Positions 12,205-22,420 of a stretch of DNA of 41,728 bases are shown here, one piece after another (within the stretch, counting starts at the first letter, position 1; each line of letters begins with the position of its first letter). The stretch spans positions 1 to 41,728 of the forward strand of contig VBKW01000036.1 in assembly GCA_005879405.1 (NCBI GenBank), read 5' to 3'. The notes beneath the pieces were generated by a model. The model was given only the letters and a program-made list of their open reading frames with translations. It was not told where the DNA came from and did not search any database. Source of the stretch: Deltaproteobacteria bacterium (lineage in GTDB: Bacteria > Desulfobacterota > Binatia > UTPRO1). The position numbers were made by a program, and so were the translations under genes.

Positions 12205-15204
12205 TCAGCCCTCGCGCGGCGCGAAGCCCTGGCGGATCGTGTTCTCGGTGACGACGCGCGGATCGACGAACTGGAGCAGATAGTCGGGCCCGCCGGTCTT
12301 CGTGCCGACGCCGGAAAGGCCATAGCCGCCGAACGGCTGGCGACCGACGCGCGCGCCGGTGATCGTGCGATTGACGTAGATGTTGCCGGCGCGCAGCGTC
12401 TCGGCGGCGCGGCGTATGCGCGTCGGTGACCGCGAGAAGACGCCCGCCGTCAACGCGTACTCGGTGTCGTTTGCGAGCGCGAGCGCGTGCTCGAAATCGG
12501 CCGCCGGCATGATCGTGAGCACGGGGCCGAAGATCTCCTCGGTCGCGACGCGGCAGCGCGGCCCGTCGACGACGACGATGGTCGGGCCGACGTACCAGCC
12601 GCCGTCCGGCACGTCGTCGCGCGTGTACACGACGTCGCCCTCGACGCGCGCGACGTCGCGGTAGCCGCGCACGCGCCGCCACGCGTCCTCGTCGATGAGC
12701 GGCCCGATTACGGTGTCGAGCGCGCGTGGGTGCCCGAGTGGCAGCAGCGCCGTCGCGCCGACGAGCCGCTCGAGGAGCGCGTCGAGCACGGGCGCGAGCA
12801 CGATCACGCGCGAGGCGGCGGAGCATTTCTGCCCCGCGTACGCGAACGCGCTCGCGACGATCGCCGGCACGGCCTGGTCGAGGTCGGCGTCGCTGTCGAC
12901 GACGATGGCGTTCTTGCCGCCCATCTCGGCCACGACGCGCTTCACCTGCCCCTGTCCTGCATGGTGCGCGGCGCCGCGCTCGACGATCGAGAGACCGACC
13001 GACTTCGACCCGGTGAACGCCACGAACGCGACGTCCGGATGATCGACAAGCGCGGGACCGATCTCCTCGCCGATTCCGGGAAGGAAGGCGAGCGCGCCCG
13101 GCGGCACACCGGCGGCGTGCAACACCTCGACGAGCCGGTACCCGATGCCGGGCGTCTGCTCCGCGGGCTTGAACACGACGCAGTTCCCGGTGACGAGCGC
13201 CGCCGTCACCATGCCGGTCGGGATCGCGAGCGGAAAGTTCCACGGCGCGATGACGACCCCGACCCCGCGCGGCTGATAACGATACGCGTTCGTCTCGCCG
13301 GGCGTCGAGAGCACGCCGGCGCCGCGACCGAGACGAAACGCCTCGCGCGCGTAGTACTCGCAGAAGTCGATCGCCTCGCAGACGTCCGCGTCCGCCTCGG
13401 GTTCCGGCTTCCCCGCCTCGAACACCTCGAGCGCCGCCAGCTCGGCGCGGCGCGCGCGCAGGATCGCCGCGGCGCGGATGAGGACGGCCGCCCGCTCGCT
13501 CCACGGAACGGCCGCCCAGGACGCCGCCGCTGTACACGCGGTCGTCAGCGCGTGCTCGACGTCGCCGACGCCGGCGCGACCGCTCGTGCAGACGAGCGTC
13601 GCGTACGCACCCGGATCGACGGAGCGGATCGTCGCCGTCGTCTGCACTGCTCGGCCGTCGATGACGACGGGCGCGTCGAAGCCGAACGTCGCCGGCGCGG
13701 CCGCCACGGCCGCGGCGAGCGACGCGCGCGCCGCCGGGCGCCGCAATTCGGCGTGAGGCTCGTTCCGAAAGCGCGGCGGCTCCGCGGCGGCGTCCACGAG
13801 TGCGGACCCGGTCGCGATCGGCGCGGCGTCGCGTCCTTCCCGGTCGTCGTCGGCCGCAGCGTGCGCGTCGGGCGGCGCGATCAGCGCGTCGAGAGTGGCG
13901 CCCTCGGCGAAGCGGTGGCGGATGAACGACTCGTTCGACGTATTCTCGAGGAGTCGACGCACGAGGTAGGCCATCCCCGGCACGAGCGCGCCGACGGGCG
14001 CATAGACCCGAACACGGAAGCCCAGACGTGCGAGCGCCGCGTGCACGGGCTCCGCCATCCCGTAGAGGAGCTGCAGCTCGATCGCGGCATCGGGAAGACC
14101 GTGCGCGCGCGCGGCCGCGATCGCGTACGCGAGGCTGCGGACGTTGTGGCTGCCGAATGCCGGCCGCACCGCGCCCGCATGTGCGACGAGATACCGCGCG
14201 CAGCGCTCGTAATTCAAGTCCGTCTCGGCTTTGTGCTCGAATACCGGCACCGGCCACCCCTCCGCCCTCGCCGTCACGGTCTCGACGTCCCAATAGGCGC
14301 CCTTCACCAGGCGCACGTGTAGCGGGAGGCGCAATGTGGCGGCCGACCACGCGACGAGCGCGTGCAGGTCGTCGAACGCGTCGCGGCGATACGCTTGCAC
14401 CACGCAGCCGAGCTGCGGTCCGGCGCGACACTCGTCGCCAAGCGAGCGCAGCAGCTCGAGCGTGAGATCCTTCGCCTCGTCCTGCTCCATGTCGAGATGG
14501 ACCGTCGCGCCGGCGCGGCGTGCGCGCTCGAGGAGCGGATGCAGACGGTCGCGCACGTCCGCCAGGCCGGCGGCGGCGGTGAGCGGCGCGAAGAGCGGCG
14601 AGAGCGCCGTCGGCTTCACCGACACATTCACGCGCGGCACCGTGCCCCACGGATCCTGCTCGAGCCGCGGGTTTGCCGGCCACCGGCGGGCTGTCTTCGC
14701 GAACGTGTCGAGGAGCGCGGCGACACGCGTCGCATACGCGTCCGCCTCACGTCCGGTGATCGTCCGCTCGCCGAGGACGTCGACCGACGATCCTTCGCCC
14801 TTTCGCCATAGCCGCGCGAGCCGCGGCATCGCCTCCGCGGGCGTCGCGCCGGCGATCAGCTGGCGCGCCATGCGGCGGATGTTGCGACGCGCAGCCGCCG
14901 CCGTGACCTGCGCGCCGAACGGCAGATGCGCGGCGACGCCGAGGCCGACCCCGAGCGCAGGCGGCACGTCGATCGTCGCGAAGTAGTCCTCGAGATGGAG
15001 CATGACGTCGCCGTCGTCGCGACAGGCGGGAAAGACGTCGACGAACCGGAAGAGCTGCGTTTTGAACCGGGGATGCGCGAGCGCCCAGTCGAGCATGCTC
15101 TCGCTCCACCAGCTCAGATGGAAGACGCGCGCCGGCTCCGCGGCGCCCGCCGCCGCGATGGTGCGCGCGAGCTCCTGCACCTCGGACTCGGACGGCGCGC
15201 TCAC
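12205..15204 (-). CDS. putA: bifunctional proline dehydrogenase / L-glutamate-gamma-semialdehyde (P5C) dehydrogenase
   Basis: FKTQLFRFVDVFP, RLVKGAYWD, GSHNVRS, QLLYGMA, GMAYLVRRLLENTSNESF; ALDH motifs APWNFP, FTGS, EMGGKN, GQKCSA, EEIFGP; 999 aa. Confidence 0.95.
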   Translation of the reverse strand: MSAPSESEVQELARTIAAAGAAEPARVFHLSWWSESMLDWALAHPRFKTQLFRFVDVFPACRDDGDVMLHLEDYFATIDVPPALGVGLGVAAHLPFGAQVTAAAARRNIRRMARQLIAGATPAEAMPRLARLWRKGEGSSVDVLGERTITGREADAYATRVAALLDTFAKTARRWPANPRLEQDPWGTVPRVNVSVKPTALSPLFAPLTAAAGLADVRDRLHPLLERARRAGATVHLDMEQDEAKDLTLELLRSLGDECRAGPQLGCVVQAYRRDAFDDLHALVAWSAATLRLPLHVRLVKGAYWDVETVTARAEGWPVPVFEHKAETDLNYERCARYLVAHAGAVRPAFGSHNVRSLAYAIAAARAHGLPDAAIELQLLYGMAEPVHAALARLGFRVRVYAPVGALVPGMAYLVRRLLENTSNESFIRHRFAEGATLDALIAPPDAHAAADDDREGRDAAPIATGSALVDAAAEPPRFRNEPHAELRRPAARASLAAAVAAAPATFGFDAPVVIDGRAVQTTATIRSVDPGAYATLVCTSGRAGVGDVEHALTTACTAAASWAAVPWSERAAVLIRAAAILRARRAELAALEVFEAGKPEPEADADVCEAIDFCEYYAREAFRLGRGAGVLSTPGETNAYRYQPRGVGVVIAPWNFPLAIPTGMVTAALVTGNCVVFKPAEQTPGIGYRLVEVLHAAGVPPGALAFLPGIGEEIGPALVDHPDVAFVAFTGSKSVGLSIVERGAAHHAGQGQVKRVVAEMGGKNAIVVDSDADLDQAVPAIVASAFAYAGQKCSAASRVIVLAPVLDALLERLVGATALLPLGHPRALDTVIGPLIDEDAWRRVRGYRDVARVEGDVVYTRDDVPDGGWYVGPTIVVVDGPRCRVATEEIFGPVLTIMPAADFEHALALANDTEYALTAGVFSRSPTRIRRAAETLRAGNIYVNRTITGARVGRQPFGGYGLSGVGTKTGGPDYLLQFVDPRVVTENTIRQGFAPREG

Positions 15205-15259
15205 GACACCAGCGTAGTCCCGGGGCGGCGCGAGTCGAAGAGGCGACGCGCGACGCTCG

Positions 15260-16168
15260 TCAGCGCGCCATCACCCGTGCGAGACGCCAGCCGTCGTCGA
15301 CCGCCGCCGCGACGGCGATCAGCACGCCGTCCGCGCTCTCGATCCGCACCACCTCGTCCGCCGCGTGCGGTGCGCCGAGCGCCCGCAGCGCCTGCTGCCG
15401 TCCGTCGCGGATGGCGGCGATGAGCGGCGCGTCGGCGACGATCGCGCGAAATCCCGTCATCGCCGCCGACGGCGTGAGGAGCGGCAACGTGCCGCGTGTC
15501 GCTCGCTCCTCGACGTCGTGGAGCGGCACGGCGTCGGCGAGTGAGAACGGGCCAAACGCGGTCCGGCGCAACGTCGCGAGGTGGGCCCCGGTGCCGAGCG
15601 CCGCGCCGAGGTCGTGCGCGAGGACGCGCACGTACGTGCCTTTCGAGCACTCGACGGCGAACGCCAGGCGATCGGGCGCGAGGAACGCCACGTCGAAGGC
15701 GGCGACGTGCACCGGCCGTGCGGCGCGTTCCACATCGTGACCGGCGCGCGCAAGACGGTAGAGCGGCACGCCTTCGCGCTTCAGCGCCGAATACATCGGC
15801 GGCGTCTGCATGATCGCGCCGCGCAGCGGCGCAACGGCCGCCGCCAGCGTCGCCGGCGCAATGGATGGCACCGCGCGGCGCTCCACGATGGCTCCGGTGC
15901 GATCGAGTGTGTCGGTCGTCGCGCCGAGGACGATCTCGCCGACGTAGCGCTTGGAGTCCCCGGCGAGAAATTGTGCGAGCTTCGTCCCCTCGCCTACGCA
16001 AATCGGCAAGAGACCCGTCGCAAACGGGTCGAGCGTGCCGAGATGGCCGACCTTCTGCCGAAGCGTCCGCTTGACCCGCGCGACGACCGCCGCGGAGGTG
16101 AGCCCGTCAGGCTTGTCGACGAGGAGAATCCCGTCCGACTGCCGCGACGTCGAGAGGCGACCCGTCAT
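15260..16168 (-). CDS. truB: tRNA pseudouridine(55) synthase
   Basis: VDKP.GLTS, KVGHLGTLDPFATG, PPMYSALK, CSKGTYVR. Confidence 0.96.
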   Translation of the reverse strand: MTGRLSTSRQSDGILLVDKPDGLTSAAVVARVKRTLRQKVGHLGTLDPFATGLLPICVGEGTKLAQFLAGDSKRYVGEIVLGATTDTLDRTGAIVERRAVPSIAPATLAAAVAPLRGAIMQTPPMYSALKREGVPLYRLARAGHDVERAARPVHVAAFDVAFLAPDRLAFAVECSKGTYVRVLAHDLGAALGTGAHLATLRRTAFGPFSLADAVPLHDVEERATRGTLPLLTPSAAMTGFRAIVADAPLIAAIRDGRQQALRALGAPHAADEVVRIESADGVLIAVAAAVDDGWRLARVMAR

Positions 16169-16626
16169 CGCTCCGCGGCATCATCGTCGTCGCGATCGGC
16201 ACCGCGTGGCTCGTCGTCGTCGGCGTCGCGCTCGCCGCGAGACGGCGCGCCTGCCGTCGTCCCGCCCGCCGCGGCAGGCTGATCCGTCGAGTGGATCTCG
16301 CGCAGCAATCGCTCCACCCGCTCGCCGGCCTCGAACGAGGGGTCGAGCTCGAAGCGCAGCTCCGGCGTGAATCGCAGACCGACCTTCCGACCCGCGTGCG
16401 ACTGCAGGTACGCGCGCGCGCTCGCGAGACCGGCGAGACTACGCGCCCGCGCCGCGTCGTCACCGAGCGCGGATACGAAGACGCGCGCGTGCTTCAAGTC
16501 CGGCGACACGTCGACGCCCGTCACCGTCACCATGCGGACGCGCGGATCTTTCACCTCGCGGAGGAGGAGCTCGGCGAGCGCCGACTTGAGGAGCGCGCCG
16601 ACACGGTCGGTTCGTTTCACCGGCAT
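16165..16626 (-). CDS. rbfA: 30S ribosome-binding factor A
   Basis: KRTDRVG, VKDPRV, VDVSPDLKHARVFVS, LRFTPELRFELDPS; ATG at 16626. Confidence 0.94.
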   Translation of the reverse strand: MPVKRTDRVGALLKSALAELLLREVKDPRVRMVTVTGVDVSPDLKHARVFVSALGDDAARARSLAGLASARAYLQSHAGRKVGLRFTPELRFELDPSFEAGERVERLLREIHSTDQPAAAGGTTAGAPSRGERDADDDEPRGADRDDDDAAER

Positions 16627-16630
16627 CGGA

Positions 16631-16918
16631 TCAATAGTGCAGGAACTCGAGCTGCTCCTCGCCGACCTCGGCGATCTGCATGTCGTCGATGAAGCGCACA
16701 ACCTCGCGCAGCGCCGAATCGACGAACGGCTCGTCGACGCCGACCTGGCAGATGACGAGCATGGCGCGTTGCCACATGTCGTGATCGGCGCACTCGGCAA
16801 TCGAGACGTTGAACTTGTCGCGTACACGCGCCTTGATCTTGCGCAGCACGCTGCGTTTGCCCTTCAGCGAGTGGTTTTCGTGGATGAAGAGCGTCAGGCG
16901 TAGGACCCCGACGGTCAC
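16631..16918 (-). CDS. DUF503 (YlxP-like) protein
   Basis: HSLKGKRSVLRKIK..FNVSIAE..DHDMWQRA; conserved position between infB and rbfA. Confidence 0.9.
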   Translation of the reverse strand: MTVGVLRLTLFIHENHSLKGKRSVLRKIKARVRDKFNVSIAECADHDMWQRAMLVICQVGVDEPFVDSALREVVRFIDDMQIAEVGEEQLEFLHY

Positions 16919-16936
16919 GGCACGCTCCGCGCGCCG

Positions 16937-19708
16937 TCAGACGCGGCGCTCGACCTGCGCTTGCCCCCCGCCGGCGCCGTGACGCGCCGCCGGCGCCAAG
17001 TGCCGAGCGACCTCCTCCATCTCGAAGACCTCCACGACGTCGCCTTCCTTCACGTCGGGGAAGTTCTCGATCGTGAGGCCGCACTCGTATCCGGACACGA
17101 CCTCGCGCGCGTCGTCCTTGAAGCGGCGCAGCGTCCCGATCTTGCCCTCGTGCACCACGACGTTGTCGCGCACGACGCGCGCGCTGCCGCCGCGGACGAT
17201 CTTGCCGTCGGTGACGAAGCAGCCGGCGACGCGTCCCGCGCTCGGGATCGTGAAGATCTGCCGCACTTCTGCTTTGCCGACCGCGCGCTCGCGCAACGTC
17301 GGCTCGAGGAGACCTTCGAGGGCGTCGCGCACATCGCTCACGACCTCGTAGATGATGTTGTAGAGACGGATGTCGACGCCTTCGCGCGCGGCGAGATCCT
17401 GTGCCTTCGACTCCGGACGGACGTTGAAGCCGATCACGATCGCATTCGACGCCGCGGCGAGGAGCACGTCGGACTCGTTGATGCCGCCGACAGACGAGTG
17501 GATGACCGAGAGCTTCACCTCGTCAGTGGAGAGCCGGGTGAGCGCGTCGCGAATTGCCTCGACGGACCCCTGCACGTCGGCCTTCAAGACCACCTTCAGC
17601 GCCTTCACGCCGCCCGCTTGGATTTGTTGATACAGATCCTCGAGCGAGACCTTGCTGGTCGTGGCGAGCTCGCTCTCGCGCTGCTTCGCGCGGCGATGCT
17701 CCGCCACCTGTCGCGCCTTCGCCTCGTCGGCGACGGCGATGAACGTATCGCCGGCGGCAGGCACGCCGGTCAGCCCGAGGATCTCGACGGGCATCGACGG
17801 GCTCGCACTTTCGAGCTTGCGTCCGCGGTCGTCGATCATCGCGCGGATGCGACCGTACTCGAGGCCGCAGACGAAGGCGTCCCCGACTTTGAGCGTCCCT
17901 TCCTGCACCAGGACGGTCGCCACCGGGCCACGCCCGCGATCGAGCTTCGCCTCGACGATCGCGCCGCGCGCGCGACGGTTGGCATTCGCGGAGACCTCGA
18001 GCACGTCGGCTTGCAGCAGCAACATCTCGAGGAGCTGGGGGATTCCCTCTTTCGTCTTCGCCGAGACCGGTACGACGATGGTATCGCCGCCCCACGCTTC
18101 CGGTGCGAGACCGTGGTTGGCGAGGTCGCGCGTGACCCGCTCGACGTCCGCTTCGGGTTTGTCGACCTTGTTGATCGCGACGATGATCGGCACCTCGGCG
18201 GCGCGCGCGTGATCGATCGCTTCCTGCGTCTGCGGCATGATGCTGTCGTCGGCGGCGACGACGAGCACGACGAGATCCGTCACCTGCGCGCCGCGGGCGC
18301 GCATCGCCGTGAACGCCTCGTGGCCCGGCGTGTCGAGGAAAGTCACTCGTCGCGCGCCGACGTCGACGGCGTAGGCCCCGATGTGCTGCGTGATGCCGCC
18401 CGCCTCGCCGGCGGTAACGTTCGCCTGCCGAATGGCGTCGAGGAGCGACGTCTTGCCGTGGTCGACGTGACCCATGATCGTCACGACGGGGGGCCGCGGC
18501 TCGCGGTCGGCGTCGTCGGTCGTCTCTTCCGGGCCCGTCTCGAGGAGCGACTCGACGTTCAGCGCGACGTTCTCGACGCTGTAGTCGAACTCCGACGCGA
18601 CGAGCGTCGCGGTATCGTGGTCGAGCACCTGGTTGACGGTCGCCATCATGCCCATGTCCATGAGCTTGCGGATGACCTCGCTCGATTTGACGCCTACCGC
18701 CTTGGAGAGGTCACCGACCGTGATCGCCTCCGAGATCTTCACGACGCGCTTGCTCGCCTTCGGCGTCGTGATCTCGGTACGGTGCTGCTCTTTGCCTGGC
18801 AGCGCGCGCTTTTTCCGGCGCAGCTTGCCGCCAGGGCGCCGATCGCGCTCGAGCGTCTCGAGCATGTCGGTTTTCTTGATGACCTTGCGCTTCTTCTTCT
18901 TGCCGAGATCGACGTCCTTGGCGCGGCCGGGCGTCTCCGCAGGTGCAGGCGTTCCCGGACGCGGGCGCGCGACGCCACCCGGCCGATCGCCGGCGTCGGC
19001 GCGACGGGGCTCGGGACGCGCGGGCGGCGCGGCCTTTTTGAGATCGATGCGCCCGAGGACGCGCACGGTCTGCGGTGCATCATCGAGGCGCGGCGCCGCC
19101 GCCGTCGCGGCGGCATCGCCCGCACCGGGTGCCGGCTCCGCCTCCATTTCGACCGCGGGTGCCTCGTCGTCCGGCGCCGCGTCCGGCTCCGCGATCGCCG
19201 CCTCGGCAAGCTCGGCGGTGCTCGCGGCGATCTCGTCGGCGACCGCCGGCGCCGGCTCGTCGACGAAGAACGGCACCGCGACGTCACCGACCTCGGGCTC
19301 GACGTCGACGACCGGCGCGGGCTCGGCCCCCGCAGCCGGCGCCTCGTCGGGCGCCGTCGGCGGAATCTCCTCGCGCTTCAGGACCTCGACGCGCGTCGTG
19401 CGGCGGCGGATGACGTTGGCACGAACCCGGTTCTCGACCACTTGCTCGCGCGACGTCACCATCTGCTCGACGTCCGCGTCCTTTTCGGTGACGACGCGCT
19501 CGGAGACGATGCGCTCGGTGCCGATCGTGACCGACGCCTTGTCGCGCAGCCCGAGCGCCTCGCGTATACGCGCGATCTGATCGTCGCTCAGCGAGCTCTG
19601 CGACTTCTTGTTACGGATCCCGAGGCGCTCGATCTTCGCGAGCACGTCCTTCGTCGGGACGTTCCACTCCTTGGCGAGCTCGTGAATGCGTTTCTTGGCG
19701 GCGGTCAA
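16937..19708 (-). CDS. infB: translation initiation factor IF-2
   Basis: RIHELAKE N-terminus, [39 protein letters not shown]. Confidence 0.98.
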   Translation of the reverse strand: MTAAKKRIHELAKEWNVPTKDVLAKIERLGIRNKKSQSSLSDDQIARIREALGLRDKASVTIGTERIVSERVVTEKDADVEQMVTSREQVVENRVRANVIRRRTTRVEVLKREEIPPTAPDEAPAAGAEPAPVVDVEPEVGDVAVPFFVDEPAPAVADEIAASTAELAEAAIAEPDAAPDDEAPAVEMEAEPAPGAGDAAATAAAPRLDDAPQTVRVLGRIDLKKAAPPARPEPRRADAGDRPGGVARPRPGTPAPAETPGRAKDVDLGKKKKRKVIKKTDMLETLERDRRPGGKLRRKKRALPGKEQHRTEITTPKASKRVVKISEAITVGDLSKAVGVKSSEVIRKLMDMGMMATVNQVLDHDTATLVASEFDYSVENVALNVESLLETGPEETTDDADREPRPPVVTIMGHVDHGKTSLLDAIRQANVTAGEAGGITQHIGAYAVDVGARRVTFLDTPGHEAFTAMRARGAQVTDLVVLVVAADDSIMPQTQEAIDHARAAEVPIIVAINKVDKPEADVERVTRDLANHGLAPEAWGGDTIVVPVSAKTKEGIPQLLEMLLLQADVLEVSANANRRARGAIVEAKLDRGRGPVATVLVQEGTLKVGDAFVCGLEYGRIRAMIDDRGRKLESASPSMPVEILGLTGVPAAGDTFIAVADEAKARQVAEHRRAKQRESELATTSKVSLEDLYQQIQAGGVKALKVVLKADVQGSVEAIRDALTRLSTDEVKLSVIHSSVGGINESDVLLAAASNAIVIGFNVRPESKAQDLAAREGVDIRLYNIIYEVVSDVRDALEGLLEPTLRERAVGKAEVRQIFTIPSAGRVAGCFVTDGKIVRGGSARVVRDNVVVHEGKIGTLRRFKDDAREVVSGYECGLTIENFPDVKEGDVVEVFEMEEVARHLAPAARHGAGGGQAQVERRV

Positions 19709-19983
19709 GCCTGCACCTCCGAGAACGACGCGCGTAGCGCGACGCGTTGCGGTTTAGGTATCACGCACCGAAGGGAGCGCACAAACCCGCCCCGGCGTGC
19801 GAACGCTTCGAGACACGTCGCGCGCGCGTGTACCCACGCGCCGCGACCGGGAGCGCGCTTGTCGAGATCGACGTGCAATCGGCCGTCGCGCGCGGTGAGG
19901 CGCGTCAGCATCGCCCGCGCATCGCGCTGGCGACACCCGACGCACGTTCGCATGGGACCGACGCTCGTGCGCATCCGTCGCAC
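19705..19983 (-). CDS. ylxR: YlxR/DUF448 RNA-binding protein (start uncertain)
   Basis: PMRTCVGCR and PGRGAWV motifs; between nusA and infB. Confidence 0.88.
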   Translation of the reverse strand: MRRMRTSVGPMRTCVGCRQRDARAMLTRLTARDGRLHVDLDKRAPGRGAWVHARATCLEAFARRGGFVRSLRCVIPKPQRVALRASFSEVQA

Positions 19984-19986
19984 CGA

Positions 19987-21447
19987 CTACGCGCCACCCT
20001 CCTCCGACGAGCCGCTTTCGGCGGTCGACGCGTCGCCCGATTGCTCGGCGCCCGGCGCCGCGGCGGTCGACGCGTCGTCCGATTGCTCGGCGCCCGGCGC
20101 CGCGTCGGCATTGCCCGCCGGGGTCTCGGCGGCCGCGGCCTCTGCCGCAGCCCGTGCCTCTGCTTCGGCCCGTGCGTCTGCTTCGGCCCGTGCCTCTGCC
20201 TCGGCGCGCTTTTCCTCGACGTGCTTCTGCGCCGCGGCGATGATCGTCGTCGCCTTCTCCGCGCTCACGCCGTCGACTTGCGTCACCGTGTCGACGTCCG
20301 AGGTCGCGAGCTCCTCCGCCGACTTGAATCCGTGCTGGTACAAGAGCTCCGCCGTCACGTCGCCGATGCCCGGCACCGAGACGAGCGACGCGCGCGCGTT
20401 CCGCGCTTCCTCTTCCGCCTCCGCCTCGCCGCGCACGTCGAGGCGCCAACCGGTCAAGCGCGACGCCAAGCGGACGTTCTGCCCCTTCTTGCCGATCGCG
20501 AGCGAGAGCTGATCGTCGGGGACGATCACCTCCATCGCGCGCTCGTCCTCGTCCATGATGATCTTCGACACCTTCGCCGGCGAGAGCGCGCGGCAGACGT
20601 ACTCCGCCTGATCGGCTGTCCACGGCACGATATCGATCTTCTCGCCGCGCAGCTCCTGCACGACCGACTGCACGCGTGTGCCGCGCATCCCGACGCAGGC
20701 GCCGACCGGATCGACGTCCCTGTCGTTGGAGTAGACGGCGATCTTGGCGCGCCCACCGGGCTCGCGCGCGGCGCCCTTCACCTCGACGATACCCTCGTAG
20801 ATCTCCGGTACTTCCTGCTCGAAGAGCTTGGTGAGGAGTCCCGGGTGCGTGCGCGAGAGGACGATCTGCGGCCCTTTGCTCGTGAGCTCGACGTCGAGGA
20901 TGTAGGCGCGGATGCGGTCACCCTGGCGGTAGCGCTCGCGCGGGATCTGCTCCTTCTCCGGCAGGATCGCGTCGGTGCGGCCCAGGTTCACGATGATGTT
21001 CTTGCGCTCGAAGCGCTGCACGATGCCGGAGAACAGCTCGCCTTTCCGGTCTTTGAACTCGTTGAAGATGATGCCGCGCTCGGCCTCGCGGACGCGCTGG
21101 ATGATGTTCTGCTTTGCCGCCTGCGCCGCGATGCGCCCGAACTTCTCCTGCGACAGCTTCGAGAGCAGCTCGTCGCCGACCTCGGCGTCGGGATCGAGCG
21201 TCGCCTTCGCGTCCTTCACCGCGATCTGGTTCGTCGGGTCGGTGATCTGATCGACGACGGTCTTGATCTCGAAGAGCTCGACCTCGCCGATGTCGGCGTT
21301 GAACTTGGCCTCGATCTGGTGCTCGAGCCCGAACGTGCGGCGCGCGGCGGACAGCATGGCGTCTTCGAGGGCGGCGATGATGATGCCCTTGTCGATGCCT
21401 TTTTCCTTGCTCACCTGCTCGATGACGCGGTTCAGATCCGGAAGCAT
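19987..21447 (-). CDS. nusA: transcription termination factor NusA
   Basis: FGRIAAQAAKQ, AREPGGRAKIAV, DPVGACVGMRGTRV, LSLAIGKKGQNVRLA; ATG at 21447 after GGAGGA. Confidence 0.97.
   Translation of the reverse strand: MLPDLNRVIEQVSKEKGIDKGIIIAALEDAMLSAARRTFGLEHQIEAKFNADIGEVELFEIKTVVDQITDPTNQIAVKDAKATLDPDAEVGDELLSKLSQEKFGRIAAQAAKQNIIQRVREAERGIIFNEFKDRKGELFSGIVQRFERKNIIVNLGRTDAILPEKEQIPRERYRQGDRIRAYILDVELTSKGPQIVLSRTHPGLLTKLFEQEVPEIYEGIVEVKGAAREPGGRAKIAVYSNDRDVDPVGACVGMRGTRVQSVVQELRGEKIDIVPWTADQAEYVCRALSPAKVSKIIMDEDERAMEVIVPDDQLSLAIGKKGQNVRLASRLTGWRLDVRGEAEAEEEARNARASLVSVPGIGDVTAELLYQHGFKSAEELATSDVDTVTQVDGVSAEKATTIIAAAQKHVEEKRAEAEARAEADARAEAEARAAAEAAAAETPAGNADAAPGAEQSDDASTAAAPGAEQSGDASTAESGSSEEGGA
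20019..20203. repeat. In-frame tandem repeats in the nusA 3' end: 2 x 42 bp (20019-20102) and 3 x 18 bp (20150-20203)
   Basis: Unit cggcggtcgacgcgtcgYccgattgctcggcgcccggcgccg twice; unit gcccgtgcStctgcYtcg three times; encode an Ala/Glu-rich tail. Confidence 0.85.
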
Positions 21448-21458
21448 CGTCGATCCTC

Positions 21459-21995
21459 CTAACGCGCGCCGGAGCGCTGGCCGGCCTGGCGCTCGGCCCG
21501 CCGGGGATGCGCCCGGCCGCCGTCGCCGGGATTGAAGTCGTGCTGGTAGTGCGCACGCGCAATCGCGTCGAATGCGATCGCATGCGGGCCGTCGTCGCCG
21601 GTGACGACGACGCCATGCTCGTCGACCGCGGTCAGCACGCCGCGAAACGAATGGCGCCCGGCAAGCGGCTGGCGCGTCCGCACGTGGACGCGCTTGCCGA
21701 CGTAGGGGGGAAAATGCGCCGGTCGCGTGAGCGGTCGATTGATGCCCGGCGACGACACCTCGAGCGTGTACGAGCCGGGAACCGCCTCGGGTTGCGCGTC
21801 GAGGACGTCGGACACCTCGCGGCTCACGCGTGCGAGCTCGTCCAACAACACGCCACCAGGCTTGTCGATGAGGAGCCGGAGTACCGTGCCGTGCCCCTCG
21901 CGCCGGTGCTCGACGTCGACCAGCTCGAGACCGGCCTCGAGGGCGATCGGCTCGACGATCTCCCACACCGCTCTGGTTTTCGGATCGGTTTCCAT
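21459..21995 (-). CDS. rimP: ribosome maturation factor RimP
   Basis: GLELVDVE, LRLLIDKPGGV, YTLEVSSPGINRPL; first gene of the nusA-infB operon. Confidence 0.95.
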   Translation of the reverse strand: METDPKTRAVWEIVEPIALEAGLELVDVEHRREGHGTVLRLLIDKPGGVLLDELARVSREVSDVLDAQPEAVPGSYTLEVSSPGINRPLTRPAHFPPYVGKRVHVRTRQPLAGRHSFRGVLTAVDEHGVVVTGDDGPHAIAFDAIARAHYQHDFNPGDGGRAHPRRAERQAGQRSGAR

Positions 21996-22121
21996 GCTCG
22001 CTCTGTTCACCCGATTACGCCGCAAGCCCGCCCGCGCGACCGGGGGCCGAGAGCACAACACCAGTTCGGTTCAGGAGACCCCGCCGCGGGGAAGACTGGC
22101 CGACGCATCGGCCCCAAAAGC

Positions 22122-22150
22122 AAAAAAAGCGGGCGCGGGCCCACTTTTTT
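22122..22150 (-). promoter_or_regulatory. rimP leader terminator-like hairpin (attenuator)
   Basis: Minus strand AAAAAAGUGGGC-CCGC-GCCCGCUUUUUUU ~130 nt upstream of rimP; matches the GUGGGC..GCCC+U-tract pattern known for rimP leaders. Confidence 0.7.
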
Positions 22151-22294
22151 GGCCTACAACTATGCGGGAGTTAACACGTGTCGTCGCCGCGCGCAAGCGC
22201 GGCCGTCCCGTCACACGGGATCAAGTTGCGATCCAGACGAGGCGCGGCGGTGAGTACGGGGTCGAGTTGCGAGCGACCCGACGAGCCCGCGGCC

Positions 22295-22420
22295 GGTACT
22301 GGGGCGAGTTGCGAGCGAGACGAGGCGCGAAGGAAGCGAGCAGCGCAGGCGTAGCAGCGCTACGCCGAGCAGCGGAGCGACTGAGCAACGAAGTATCGCG
22401 ACGCAAATCGCCCCAGTACC
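22295..22420. repeat. Palindromic REP/MITE-like element, copy 1
   Basis: 13-bp terminal IR ggtactggggcga / tcgccccagtacc; central hairpin ggcgtagc-agc-gctacgcc; homologous to 29793-29933 in inverted orientation. Confidence 0.8.

Noticed and set aside
20019-20203. nusA tandem repeats as a novel system
   Set aside because: In-frame low-complexity tail expansion, common in disordered C-termini.
16961-20512. 1183-aa plus-strand ORF (and similar ones opposite pnp, putA, nusA and the CoA ligases)
   Set aside because: Antisense shadow of infB/ylxR/nusA; stop-poor because of GC-rich codon bias.
22000-22260. tRNA upstream of rimP, as in some bacteria
   Set aside because: No cloverleaf or T-loop consensus found by eye.
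22213-22420. Possible CRISPR array from the ~42-bp periodicity
   Set aside because: Units are degenerate along their whole length, there are no unique spacers and no cas genes; better explained as repeat-element ends.
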